NCBI RefSeq assembly: GCF_009914755.1
Contig: NC_060931.1
Origin: the human T2T-CHM13v2.0 reference genome, Homo sapiens
Length of the DNA: 64,000 nt
Strand: one strand, 5' to 3'
Of the stretch, positions 13,657 through 25,098 are shown piece after piece (position 1 is the first letter of the stretch; every line of letters begins with the position of its first letter). The notes beneath the pieces were generated by a model. The model was not told the DNA's origin and made no database searches. It was given only the letters and a program-made list of their open reading frames with translations. The position numbers and the translations under genes are program-made.

Positions 13657-14261
13657 TAATATAAATAACTTACAACATGGAAATATTTATATATTTTGCC
13701 TTATTTTATGCTCTTCACTCCTAGGAACCTGAAGTAGCAAAGTGTTCCACTTTCATAACCCATAATGTTCTTGCTAAGGGCCCTGCTGCTTCCTCTTCCT
13801 CGTACAGCCCCTTCTCTCTTGTTTGTCTTTTCAGTCTTTTCTAAACCCTGGGACAGGCTCCCCATCTCTCCGCCCCCTCCTCAGCCTTTCTTTGCTCCCT
13901 CTCATTGTGGTCAAATGACAATTTGGCTGGTCTTCAAGTCCTTTAAGAGTTGCCTCCGGTGTCCTGACCAGAGAAAATAGGGGAAGGGGTACAAGACTAC
14001 ATCCCCAAAGGGCTGCTTTCTACAAAGTAAGCTAAGTCTCCAGGTTTAAGGGAAAGATGCTTTTTCCAGGTGTTAAACTTTGACTTTTTCTCATAAGCGC
14101 TGATATTCTTTTCTCTTTTGCCACTGCCCTCAAAATACTGTGACAGTTTTCTCTCTGGCCTTGGAGTTGCCTTGGTTATTAATTCAAAAATTATAAATTT
14201 CTTGATCACCTGTTGTGGCAAGAACATAACTTACTTTGCATCTGTCTTCTTTCCTCCCCAG

Positions 14262-14334
14262 GGACACCATATGTCCATTCCTGGCTTCTACTCTTTTTTA
14301 TAAACACAAGAGTGGAAAGGTTTGGCTTTATTCG
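14262..14334 (+). ncRNA. Candidate exon of an unidentified spliced transcript
   Basis: Strong acceptor (tctgtcttctttcctccccag|) and TCG|GTGAGT donor; 73 nt. Confidence 0.45.
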
Positions 14335-14727
14335 GTGAGTCTCTTTTATGTCAGTAAATTATATATGTCCCTCGTTGCAATCTCGGTCGTCTCTCCTTAG
14401 CTCATATATCTTCCATACTTGAAATGTCTCATTTATTCTAGCCATTTACTCAATAGTGCTTTTAATTAACGCCTTGTATGCTTCAAAAATAGGTATAGTT
14501 TATAACCTACCTTGGCTTCTTTAGTGTTGAAACTACAAACAGAAAACTTTTTTTCTCTTTGACCTGCTATCAATAGGTTATGTGTTTATTGTAGGAAAGT
14601 TTATTGCATCGTGCTCATTGTTTATGCAAATGAAGCAGTGACATTGTGTGCATTTAAAGTTTCATATGTGGCTCTCATGTGTGGCTTGAATACAAATGCT
14701 CACAGTGTTTCCCTTGGTCTCCTCTAG

Positions 14728-14837
14728 ACACCTCAAAGAGGAGATGCAGGAGGATGAGCAGTCTGCAGTGCAGGAGGTTGGAGACAAAGAGAAGGTGATG
14801 TCACAGAAACCTACGGGCACATGGTCCCTTCTCCAAG
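14728..14837 (+). ncRNA. Candidate exon (possibly exonised L2 antisense)
   Basis: ctcac branch-like motif plus tttcccttggtctcctctag| acceptor; purine-rich body; weaker donor AAG|GTACTC (alternative AAA|GTGAGC near 14855). Confidence 0.35.
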
Positions 14838-15299
14838 GTACTCATTACACCAAAGTGAGCATGCATGTGACCGAGGGTGCCCTGGAGAGGGGACATTCAC
14901 TTCCGAAAAGGGTGATTACCAAAGGCCACGTGACAGAAGGAGACCTTTGGTTTGGGCTGGAAGGATTGTTCAGGATTTTGCTGGACAAGGCCAGGTGGAA
15001 GGAGGATGTGATGAGACCCTGTTTCCTGGTAGTTGCCCGTGTATGAGGGGGTCATTCCTACATTCGTTTTATGGGCCATAGCTGTAATGTCATAGATCAA
15101 GGTCTGCCTTTAAGGAACAAAGAACGATGTCATCATCTGTGGCATAGAGAAAACAAAAATCACTACTTAGATTTCTTTTGAAAATAGAAGGTGTTAGAGT
15201 TTGAAACCTTCGCATCTTAACAGAAAAGAAGAGTGAGCCCCAGAATTAGAAAAAGAGAGGAAAACGGACCTCTATGGGCCAAATCCTGTGCAGGGTATA

Positions 15300-15460
15300 T
15301 GACATGATTAATTCAGTTCTCCCCTGTGATGTCTCATAGGTGAGAAAACGGAGGCTCACAGAAGCATAAGAACATCATCTAGACACGCACCTGGTTAGTG
15401 GCAAAGCCAAGGCCAGAGCAGGTGCGTCTTTTTAAATTTCCTATGATCTTAGTGTTGTGC
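15300..15460 (-). mobile_element. MIR fragment
   Basis: ataggtgagaaaacggaggctcacagaag...ctggttagtggcaaagcc. Confidence 0.65.
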
Positions 15461-18167
15461 CATATGGGGACACATTTGGCTTTGTGTTAAGTTGCTAAGT
15501 TGGTCACAAGTTGATGTTTTCAGATTCTACAATTCAGGCATTAGTTGGTTAGCTCTAAGTGTCAGTTAGGCATTTGCCTTAATTTTGAATAAAATGAAAA
15601 ATGTCTAATTTATTTTGGGAGGGTGAGAGGGAGGAATAACCAGGATCTCTCAGAGTTCAGGAGAAACTAAGGCTACTTTGATTTTGTTAAAACTCCAGGT
15701 ATAAAACATAAAGATATATCAGAAGAGTACTATAAATTCTGTGGTTCATTTTTAAATGTTTACATTTAGCAAATTTATTTCAAAAAATAAAATATATTGA
15801 GCTATTCACAAGACAGCCAGAACTTATGAAAATATTGACTATGAAAACATAGACATCTTCTTCCAATCCAGTCACTGTATCTCAGTGACTAAATAAATAA
15901 ACTCAGTTGAAGATAATATCAAAAGTCTGAATTTGAAGCCTAGACTAAATGGCCTTCCCTGTCCTTCTGTAATAGGCTCTTTATCAGCATTGTTCCAAGG
16001 CCCTAACCTCGGCAGGAAACCCTAAAGCCTCACTGGCCGCCTCTCTATGTTGGAGTGGGCATCTGCTGAGACCACATTGTTTGACGTTGCCTTGAATTGC
16101 TGGCATTGCACTGAGTTCACTCTGGCTACTATCTCTTTGCTTTCAGCCTCCTTTCTGGGTCATGCTATCACACCTCTGCTTAATTCCCGGTGACCCTAAT
16201 GTCCTTGCTTTCCTATCAGGGGAATGACTGTCCTCCCTCCAGTATCTCTTACTGGGAAGCAGTGCTGATAGAAAGAGGAGAGAAAGAGCTGAGCATGGCT
16301 GGGGAGCACCACAGGGCCAGTAGTGGGCCAGACAGCTGAGCAGCCTCTGGGTCAAAGGCTTCTTTCTGGCTGGCCATCTCCGGCCTGAGGAATCCCCCTC
16401 CCTCTCACCGCATGGCTGTGGACTGGCGTCCATGCAGTTTGTGCCTAGTGCCAAAGCCAGTGTTCTCTAGGACACACTCCAGGAGGCAGGTACTTCTGGT
16501 TGCCTGTGGCAGGCAGCAGATCTAGATATCAGTTCCTTCCAGAGAGGGCCTATGTGAATCAAGACCCCAGCCCCTCAGTGGGTTGCTGTGTAGAGATTCC
16601 AGAACTGTTCTTCAACACATCCCCCTAGAAGGCCATACAAGCACAGCAAAACCCTCTGCTCACCCACGACCTGGAGCTCATTAGAATAAAGCAAGTGAGG
16701 TGAAGCCTGGAGTCTGGTTCAGCAGTAGCATGCCATCTGCCCTCTATTTGTGACCAGAAAGCCCATGCAAATGAACTACAGAGTGCTAACCGTGTGTTAA
16801 TACACAGTTAGTAAAGATGAAAGCGTTCCACCCCATCTTTAATAACTCCCAGGCCCAGGCTTTATAAAAGGAAGCTGCATGTTAAAATCACCCTCCCTGC
16901 CCACCATCAGGTCAACCTCAGCGGTATTCAGTAGGAAATTTCAAAGTGGCCAAACATGAAGTTGCTTTTAATATCCATCTTTTTCATGGCAACCTGATGT
17001 GCTCAATGTCTCTGTTTAAACACTTGCAGATTGAGATGGACTTGCCTTTTCCAGGCTCATATGAGTAACAGCAGCAGCTCTGTTGCCCTACTCCTGGGGT
17101 ACACTTATTTGCAGAGCCTTTGTTGCTAGGGCTGAGTCCCTGCTCTTCTTTGTGGTCCTTCTCCAACAGAGGCAGGATGGCTGCAGATCCCCTACCACCA
17201 GCATAGAGACGAAGGAACAGGAGAGGAGTGAAGGTCTGACCAGACCAGATTGGCCACCCCAGACCCCAGCAGGCACAGCAATGCACCAGCGTGCAGGCAG
17301 CCCCATTCGCCGGAGTCACCATGCCCAGCCCAACAGGCTGCCTTTGTTTTTATGGTGATTTTTGCACGCTCATCCTTACACGATGCACGAATGGGGTTGG
17401 AATGGGTCTTTGGCAGAAAGCAGTGGCATCTGTCATCTTTGCTTCACCACGATTCCAGCTCAGCACCAGGCCTCTGGTAGCGCATTTCCTCCTCATCACA
17501 TTTGTTCCTGTTGACTGACCAGATTATTGATCGCTCTGTTCTGCAGCACTGGGTGGGTTAAGCTTGGTTGCCTCCAGGCCTCTGCTTTGGAGTAAATCTC
17601 CATGAGCCAAACTAAATTCCTCAGTAGTACAAAACAGATTTTAACATTTGCAGGAGAAAAATAAAATGACACAAATAGTCACACACCCAAACCACACAGT
17701 GCAAAGAGTAAAGGTAGATATTGCAGCAGCAAGTCGTTTAGACATCACAGGTGGTTAACGGGCACCCCTCCCAGTACAGTCTCTAGGCCAGTAAGACCCT
17801 AGGAGAAGAGCCACAGGCGTAGAGGAAGCTGTGTTGGTGTTGCATTCTATCTGCACAACTCAAATGGGTAATGCTTGTTTGCTCTGAAGTGCTCTGGGTC
17901 ACCAGCTTCTGCCCACCCTAGCTTTCAACTACCATCACCCTGGGAACAGGCTCCTCAATTCTAATCCCTCCTGCCTGCTGAATGTAGATTCTTTTCCTAA
18001 GATGCAATTCTAATCTTGTCCTGCAGATCTGATTCTATTACAGCCATATGATGTGGTTCAAATACCTTAATTTGAGTTAAAAAGTCATCCTCGACTTGGC
18101 CATGGCCAACTTTCCTACCTTGGCTTTGTTTGTTTTCTCTCTTTCAATCAGGCCCAGCTGTTTTGGA

Positions 18168-18224
18168 TGTGTGTGTGTATGTGTGTGTGTGTGCACATGT
18201 GTGTGTGTGCATGTGCGTGCATGC

Positions 18225-18264
<40 letters not shown>
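18168..18264. repeat. Interrupted (TG)n microsatellite
   Basis: Direct inspection; alternating purine-pyrimidine over about 95 bp. Confidence 0.97.
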
Positions 18265-18267
<3 letters not shown>

Positions 18268-18454
18268 TTCTCTCCCTGGGTATATTGGAACTCTTTCTGT
18301 TCTCCTTCACACATCTGGGCCTCTACTTCTTGCTCATCTGCACTTCTGGAAAGTTGCCCCTTTCTCTTCATCTAATTAACTACTGTTTACCCTGTGGATT
18401 CTAAATGCCACATCCTATTTAAACCCCTCTGTTCTACGCTTTTATAATACCCAG

Positions 18455-18600
18455 GCGTCCTTATCACAACATCTCACTTTGTTGTAATTGCTTATTTAAC
18501 AACAGTCTTGCTTACCTCAAGAGCAACTGTATTCCCTGTGCCTAGCTCAGTACCTGACAAACTGTGGGTACACAATGAGTGTGGGCTGAATGGTGAGCTG
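18455..18600 (+). mobile_element. L2 3' fragment
   Basis: tgtattccctgtgcctagctcagtacctgaca...tgaatgg. Confidence 0.55.
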
Positions 18601-19358
18601 AAAAAAAAAAGAATCAATGGGTCTTTGTTTCCCAGCTACACAGAGAGCTACCTGGCTCTGAGAGTGTTATTCCGCAGAATCCTTTCAATGCTTTTAACTC
18701 TCCTTCCTTTCATTCTGCTTAAAGTTCTCACCTCTCATGACATTATAAAGAGCTGTGCAGGTGTTTCTCCATTCATATATAGCAGAATTAAGCTAAGACT
18801 TGTTCCTGCTGATGAACCGGTTATTGCCAACCTCTCCATTCTGTGAGGGTGAGGATGGGACAAATGGTGCCCTGTCCATTCAGATGGCACCAACCTTTGA
18901 GATATGAAATAAGCTTAGGATTATTGGTGGGTTTGAGGACAGGAAATTTCATTGTGTTATCTCTCATCTGAAAAGTGGTGGCAATGGGGGTAAGCTTTTA
19001 ATCTTACATAATTCTGTATCTATTTCATAGGTTGATAAGAAGTCTGTTTAAATATTTAAGCAATACATATCCTTCATGGATATGTAGTCCAACTGAACTG
19101 CTGCCACATACTGGAGACATGCCCTCTTTGTTTTTTACAAGGCATCTACTTCAAAACACGGAAAGGAAATATCATTATCATCTGTTGTCTTGTTCAATTA
19201 AATTTCAGGTCTAATTCAACATCAATTTCAAGGAAACTGACACCACTGAAGATACAATTAACTCAATTTTTGTCTACCTCATCTCCAGAGCAAACCAGAA
19301 CAAGCCCCAAATTCACCTTCTTCCTTCTTCTCCCAGACCAAGTCCAAGGTCAAGTCTA

Positions 19359-19469
19359 GACATTGATCTTGAGCTTTGCATTCTCCAGAACTGTGAAAAA
19401 ATAAATTTTTGTTATTTACACCATCTAGTTGATGGTATTTGTTATGGAAGCCAAAGCTCACTAAAGCAC
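19359..19469 (+). mobile_element. MLT1 LTR 3' fragment
   Basis: ctccagaactgtgaaaaaataaatttttgttatttacaccatctagttgatggtatttgttatggaagcc. Confidence 0.8.
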
Positions 19470-20340
19470 TCCTCAACCCACTTGGATCTAGTTTTTGTGT
19501 GAAACACAAACACAGAGGCAGCTCCTGCCCTGTCAGGACAGGGCAACATCAGTGACCTGATAGTTGTCCAATGCCATGATCTATTTTCAGGCCTCTTCAC
19601 CCTTGACTCATGCAGTGGGGAACACCCACAACCAAATCCTTGAAGCTCTTTGTGCTTCTGCTACCGCCTCTCTCAGCACTCTTACTTCTCCTTAAGTAAC
19701 ACTTCCTCCAATTCTTCTCCTTTTACCCATGCCAATGTATTACAAGTTTTCTGGTCTTGGCTTTATTATTCTGCATTCTTGGCTTTATTATTCTGCCGGT
19801 GATGGCTTTTTCAACTCTTATACTCTCTCATACCATTATATTAATAGATGAATCCCAGCTCCATATCAGCAGACTAATTGCTTCTCTGAGAAGCACTGCC
19901 TAATTTCCTTATGCTTCAGCACCTATACTTTGCCAGACACCTGAAACTTTATACCTTATTTGTCATCTCTCTTAAGCACTGACTGATTCCCTAGCCCAGT
20001 GGATAGCATTGCCATTCATCTATTCTCTCAATTTAGAAAACCCGGAATTACAATGAACTCTCCATTTTTCTTTTCCCTCTATACCTTATCAAATTCCAAA
20101 AGCTATCAATTCACCCTGAAATTGTCCCCATATTTGGATCTCTCCACTTAAATATGTGCCATTTGGAATGTCTTGGTTCAAGCTTATATTCTTTCTTGCC
20201 TGCACTATGCAAAAGTCTCCTAACCAGAAGTGTGCATCAGTCTGCTATCTTTACTGAAAATAGACTTACCATCCTGGAAAACAATGCAATTTTTTTCCCT
20301 TTTACTGAGACTTCAGTTGTCTGCTCAGTGCTTATACTAA

Positions 20341-20940
20341 ATAGTATTTCCTAAACTCATTCCTTGGGATATTAATTATACTTTTTCTTGGGATGTTAGT
20401 AGGTGTTTTGTAAGTAAAAGGGGGAAGTTAAATGTTTAAAAGTTAATCGATGTTGAAAATGCTAGGTGAAATAAATTTAGTTAATTTACTGAAGAACTTA
20501 GAAACTGGTAATTTGCATTGTAACTCTCTAAGAGGAGATCGTGCAGGTCCACAGTCCTTTATCCAAAAATCTTTACTGGATGTGTTTGGAATTCAGAAAG
20601 TTTTAGATGTTTAGAAAGGTAAATGGTTGGTATATATACCACTATCAAATGATACTTCCTAGCAATCAAACACATTGTTATTTCTGTTTTGAAACATATG
20701 ACCATCATACTGAGATAAATAAAGACCAAAAATAGTCTCACGTCAGTTCAGGTAAGGTTTTGCAGCCTGAAGAATTACACAAATTGTTTTTCTGAGATGT
20801 TTGGATTTTGGAATTGATTATAAGGGGCTGTGAGCCAGTAATATGCTGACTTTCCCAAACATATTTGACTTGGAAGCTTTTCTCCCAAGAGCATCTCTCT
20901 AGGGGTTTGTACCATGATATACATTTTTGGAAATGCAGAC
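20341..20940. mobile_element. hAT-Charlie-type relic hosting MER46C
   Basis: Termini resemble Charlie TIRs (agtatttcctaaact ... tttttggaaatgcag); family not determined. Confidence 0.45.
20544..20838 (+). mobile_element. MER46C (TcMar-Tigger MITE)
   Basis: TIRs caggtccacagtcctttatcc / ataaggggctgtgagccag followed by TA; internal aatcaaacacattg and tcacgtcagttcagg match the consensus as recalled. Confidence 0.8.
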
Positions 20941-21539
20941 ATATAGACAACCTGTGCTCCACCATTGACATGTTATTCTTCTCTAAGAACCTTAACATTT
21001 GCCACTTGGTGTTTCTTGCTGTTTCTTTGCCCTTCCTTCTCCACCTGGAAAATGCCTATTCAATCATCACATTCAAGTTCAAATGTGGGTTCACGCTCCT
21101 GTTGTGACTATTATCACATTGCATGCTAATTATCTCTTTACTTCTTTGTCAACTATTTGTCAAGAGGGTATTTACTTATTACTGAATCTCTAGTGCTTAG
21201 AATAGGTGCCTGCTCAATAGGAGATATTCAACAAATGCTGAATAAACGAGTGAAAACTAAATAATATGCTGGTGTTAGTTTTGAAGTTTTATTGTTAAGA
21301 GCGGAACCAACTGTTCATTGATACTAAGAATCTATATAAAATCTTGAGCAATGTCTAAAATCATGTAGTATGTGCTTTTGGTGACTCATGCAGAATTCCT
21401 TTACCTGGAAAGATAGTATTTCCATTCTCCAGTTACTATGAGTATTACTGCTATATATCCTTCATGCACCATCCTATCAGGTACTTTAGGAGGCAACCGA
21501 CGTGTCCATTGCAGGTTGCTGCTCCTCACTTGGCAGAAT

Positions 21540-22293
21540 ACATTTGGCCCAGTAACCAAGGAGTGGAAGTTGGAGTGGTGCCTCTCACCATCACTCCCAG
21601 GGACAGAAAATTTGTGCTTCTCATGCCTGTACCTTTATACTCTGTGAGTCTAGAGGTTTTGGTCCTCTGGGCATAGTTGCTTCTACTAGAGGATGCAGTG
21701 AGAGTTCCACTAAACTTACAGCTGTAGCTGTTGTCTGTAGACTATAGTCAAAGAATAAATTTACCATCTAGCAGAGTAAACAAACCTGAGTGTCAGGGGC
21801 ATGTAGGACAGCTGCTATAAATGGGGGCAGAAGGAAACAGTCTGGCATCCAGGTGATCCTCTGGAGCATATCTTGGAACCCCTATGTTGACTTCAGATTC
21901 TGCATATTCAAGTACAGCATCCAAAGCCGAATAAGGGAATGGTAACTAAGGGCTGAGGAAATGATTCTCCCACTCTCACCAGGTGAGCCACCTTTACTAG
22001 GAAGTGCTGGTTGAGCTGAAGGTGTATCCAAAGCGGTTATAGTGGAGGGAGATGATAAATATCAGTGATGGCCTCATGACAGGCTGTACTTCTGGAATGC
22101 TGTTGCCTTCTCTTCATCTAATTCAGTACTGTTAATTAATCAGCAGTAGGGGCTACCAGTTTGTCTAATTGACTCTTTCCTTGTAAGTGTGCTCAGAAAT
22201 TTTGACTAACCACAATCCTGGCAAAGGCATGCCCAAAGAAAATGACATTAATGTGAAAAGCAAGTGGGTCTGAGAGTTGCAAGGGGTGGGTAG
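21540..22293 (+). mobile_element. ERVL internal remnant (HERV16/ERV3-16A3-like)
   Basis: ERVL-int-like sequence ending in a polypurine tract (aaggggtggg, 22281-22290) directly before an LTR16. Confidence 0.55.
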
Positions 22294-22716
22294 TATTAAG
22301 TGTTTGTGGTGTCTCATCCTGATCCCCCTCCACCAGCCCACATAACCATCCCCAGCTGCCATGAGTGTTGGCCAACAACAGCTCACCGAGGCATCTTTCT
22401 CTGGAGCACTGAATGCCTCATCCAGAAATGCCCTGGTGGATGTTCATGAGGCACTTTACAGCCAATGAGTAACTGATACAGGGATGGAAAATCCCACCCT
22501 CCTTGCCTCAAGGTAAGACGTGTTTGTGATATTACTCAAGCTGTTGAGCTCCCTGTGGAATCAAGCTAATATTAGTCTTCAGCTGAAACCACATGTCTGC
22601 CTGGCTTCTTTTGTCCCGTCCCGCTTTCCTTACTTCCTCATAGCTGTTTTCTGAATAGAACACTTGTTCAAGAATCATCATCTTAGGCGCCACTTCTAGG
22701 GAAGCTCACTCAGACA
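22294..22716 (+). mobile_element. LTR16-like ERVL LTR
   Basis: cagccaatgagtaactgatacaggg...ccttgcctcaagg...ttctagggaagctcactcagaca. Confidence 0.7.
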
Positions 22717-23006
22717 AACACTTGCTTGAGTAGTTTCCCACTTAGGATTTTTCTCTTTAGCCAACACAGTCAACTATTGGTTAATGCATGTCTTAGTTTG
22801 AGCTGCAAATTGTATTAAAGTTAGCTTTAGTAATTGTAATTTTTTACCCCAGTCTGAAGAGTCAAAGTCTTTGCAAAACATCATTTGCCTTAATTTAAGT
22901 ATCTTCTTAGATTCAGCATCCTTTTCATTAAACTATACCAGGGAATGTTATTTTTCAATGTCTGTAGAATTGAAGGTTAACTGATATACAAGTTGGGCAT
23001 TGTTTA

Positions 23007-23142
23007 TTAGATGGTTGGTTGATAGATACATACATAAATATATACATAGACATATAGATACATGATAGATGCTAGATAGATACATAGATGGATACATAGA
23101 TAGATAGACAAGTAAATGATTGATAGATAGATAATAGATATA
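23007..23142. repeat. Degenerate (TAGA/TACA)n tetranucleotide repeat
   Basis: Direct inspection. Confidence 0.9.
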
Positions 23143-23589
23143 CAGAGAACTGGAATTCTTTACTTCAGCCTGGCAACTCATGTTTTAGAGCTTTCAGTAT
23201 CCTCAACACTTTGTCTTTAAATGGAGTGGGTGCTGATATATGGTAATTTGAGTGCATCATTTAGAGCATATTATATGGTGACATACACAAGGCTGCTACT
23301 TACATGTTCATTAATTCTTATTCTTAAACATGACTGTAAGCAGCAGCTTATAACTTATTTTAACCAAAGCTGATGATAGTATCAGAAGCTATTAACAATA
23401 CTTGGAATACTCTGCTCTCTTTTTCCGTGTTGCTGCTTATTGCCAATGCATGAATTCAGATTCCCCATGGCAATCTCTTCTCTGGATGCTGCCATCAGAT
23501 CCTCACTAACTTCTTTCCCTACAGCCTTGATTGTCATCATGGGCTCATGCTTTTTGTTTTTAACCATGCAATTCTTTCTGCTTTAGGAA

Positions 23590-23879
23590 AGGACATACAC
23601 CACTCATGGGAATATAGATTGGTAGCGCCTTTTTGGTGGGAAATTTGGCAACATCAAAATTTTGCATGTGTTGCCTTTAACAATCCCATTTCTAAGAAAT
23701 CTTTCCAAAGGGGGTACTCAGATAAGTAAGAAAAGATGTAAACACAAGGACATGGCATCGCACCCATGTTTATAACAGTAAACAGTAGAAGAAATCTTGT
23801 TGCTTATCAATAGGAAACTAGTTAAAGATATTGTGAAAAATCCCACACAATAGATTACTACATGGCTCTTAAACAAGAT

Positions 23880-23928
<49 letters not shown>

Positions 23929-24220
23929 CTGTCTGTACACTGTCTTAAAAAATCTTTTTGGCATATTGTTGAAAAAAACAGCTTGTAAAACAGCATGTAT
24001 ATTTTGATCCCATTTATGTGCAGATTATATACATATATGGTCATACATATATATCCATATATTATACGGCCAGCTTTGGAAGGGTGTCCATCAAATCCTT
24101 GACAGTAGCTGACTTAGTAGTTAGTCTTGGGACTTATTTTTTTCTCTCTTGTATTTTTTTTTAATTTTCTAAAAACTGTCATTTTATCTTTGTAAGTAGT
24201 AAAACAGTAAGAAAAAATAC
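23590..24220 (+). mobile_element. L1ME-like 3' fragment containing a (TG)n
   Basis: gggaatatagattggtagcgcctttttggtgggaaatttggcaacatcaaaa...aatcccatttctaagaaatc. Confidence 0.6.
23882..23926. repeat. (TG)n microsatellite
   Basis: Direct inspection; about 22 perfect units. Confidence 0.98.
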
Positions 24221-24391
24221 TTTAAGGTCATTCAGCACTCATGGGAATATAGATTGTTATAGTTATCTGTGATTCAAAGTCACTTTGGGAACTTGGAAGC
24301 AAGTTATTTACTCTTGGTAATATACATACATTATTAAGGGAAGATTTCTGGAAGTTTCTTAATGAATCTTCACAAAAACCTTGTGAGGTCA

Positions 24392-25098
24392 GTCTGATTA
24401 TCTCAAGAGAGAATAGTGAGAGAGCAGTAGTTCTACTGGTCTGAGCACCTCAAGAGGGAACAGGGAGAGAGCAGTGATTCTGTTGGTCTGAGTATCTCGA
24501 GGGAACAAGGAGAAGGCAGTGGTTCTGTTGGTCTGAGCATCTCAAAAGGGAACAGGGAGAAGGCAGTGATTCTCTTGGTCTGAGTATCTCAAGAGGGAAC
24601 AGGGAGAGAGCGGTGGTTCTGTTGGTCTGAGTATCTCAAGAGGGAACAGGGAGAAGTCAGCGGTTTTGTTGGTCTGAGCATCTCAAGAGGGAACAGTGAG
24701 AGAGCGGTGATTCTGTTGATTTGAGCATCTAAAGAGGCAACGGGGAGAGGGCAGTGGTTCTGTGGTCTGAATATCTCAAGAGGGAACGGGGAGAGAGCAG
24801 TGGTTCTGTTGGTCTGAGCATCTCAAGAGGGAACAGGGAGAGAGCAGTGATTCTGCTGGTCTGAGCATCTCAAGAGGGAACAGGGAAAGAGCTGTGATTC
24901 TGTTGGTCTGAGCATCTCAAGAGGCAACAGGGAGAGGGCAGTGGTTCTGTGGTCTGAGTATCTCAAGGGGGAGCAGTGGTAGAGGGCAGTGGTTCTGTGG
25001 TCTGGGTATCTCAAGGGGGAACAGGGAGAGGGCAGTGGTTCTGTTGGTCTGAGCATCTCAAGAGGGAACAGTGGGAGAGGGCAGTGGTTCTGTTGGGC
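24392..25098 (+). repeat. 47-bp VNTR minisatellite, about 15 copies
   Basis: Unit gagggaacagggagagagcagtggttctgttggtctgagcatctcaa, head-to-tail with scattered variants. Confidence 0.97.

Larger units (their letters stand above)
19550..21256 (+). mobile_element. L2 LINE remnant, interrupted at 20341-20940
   Basis: L2-like pyrimidine-rich body and 3' end (tctctagtgcttagaataggtgcctg...tcaacaaatgctgaataaacgagtgaa). Confidence 0.65.

Noticed and set aside
13725-14030. Possible exon starting at the cactcctag| acceptor
   Set aside because: No convincing nearby donor, so not listed as a feature. If real, it could alter the predicted spliced frame.
18077-18404. HT/CV-rich ORFs (also at 2246-2684, 23718, 62809)
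   Set aside because: Translations of dinucleotide repeats.
24392-25098. CRISPR-like array
   Set aside because: Units are head-to-tail with no unique spacers, there are no cas genes, and the context is a mammalian genome. It is a VNTR.
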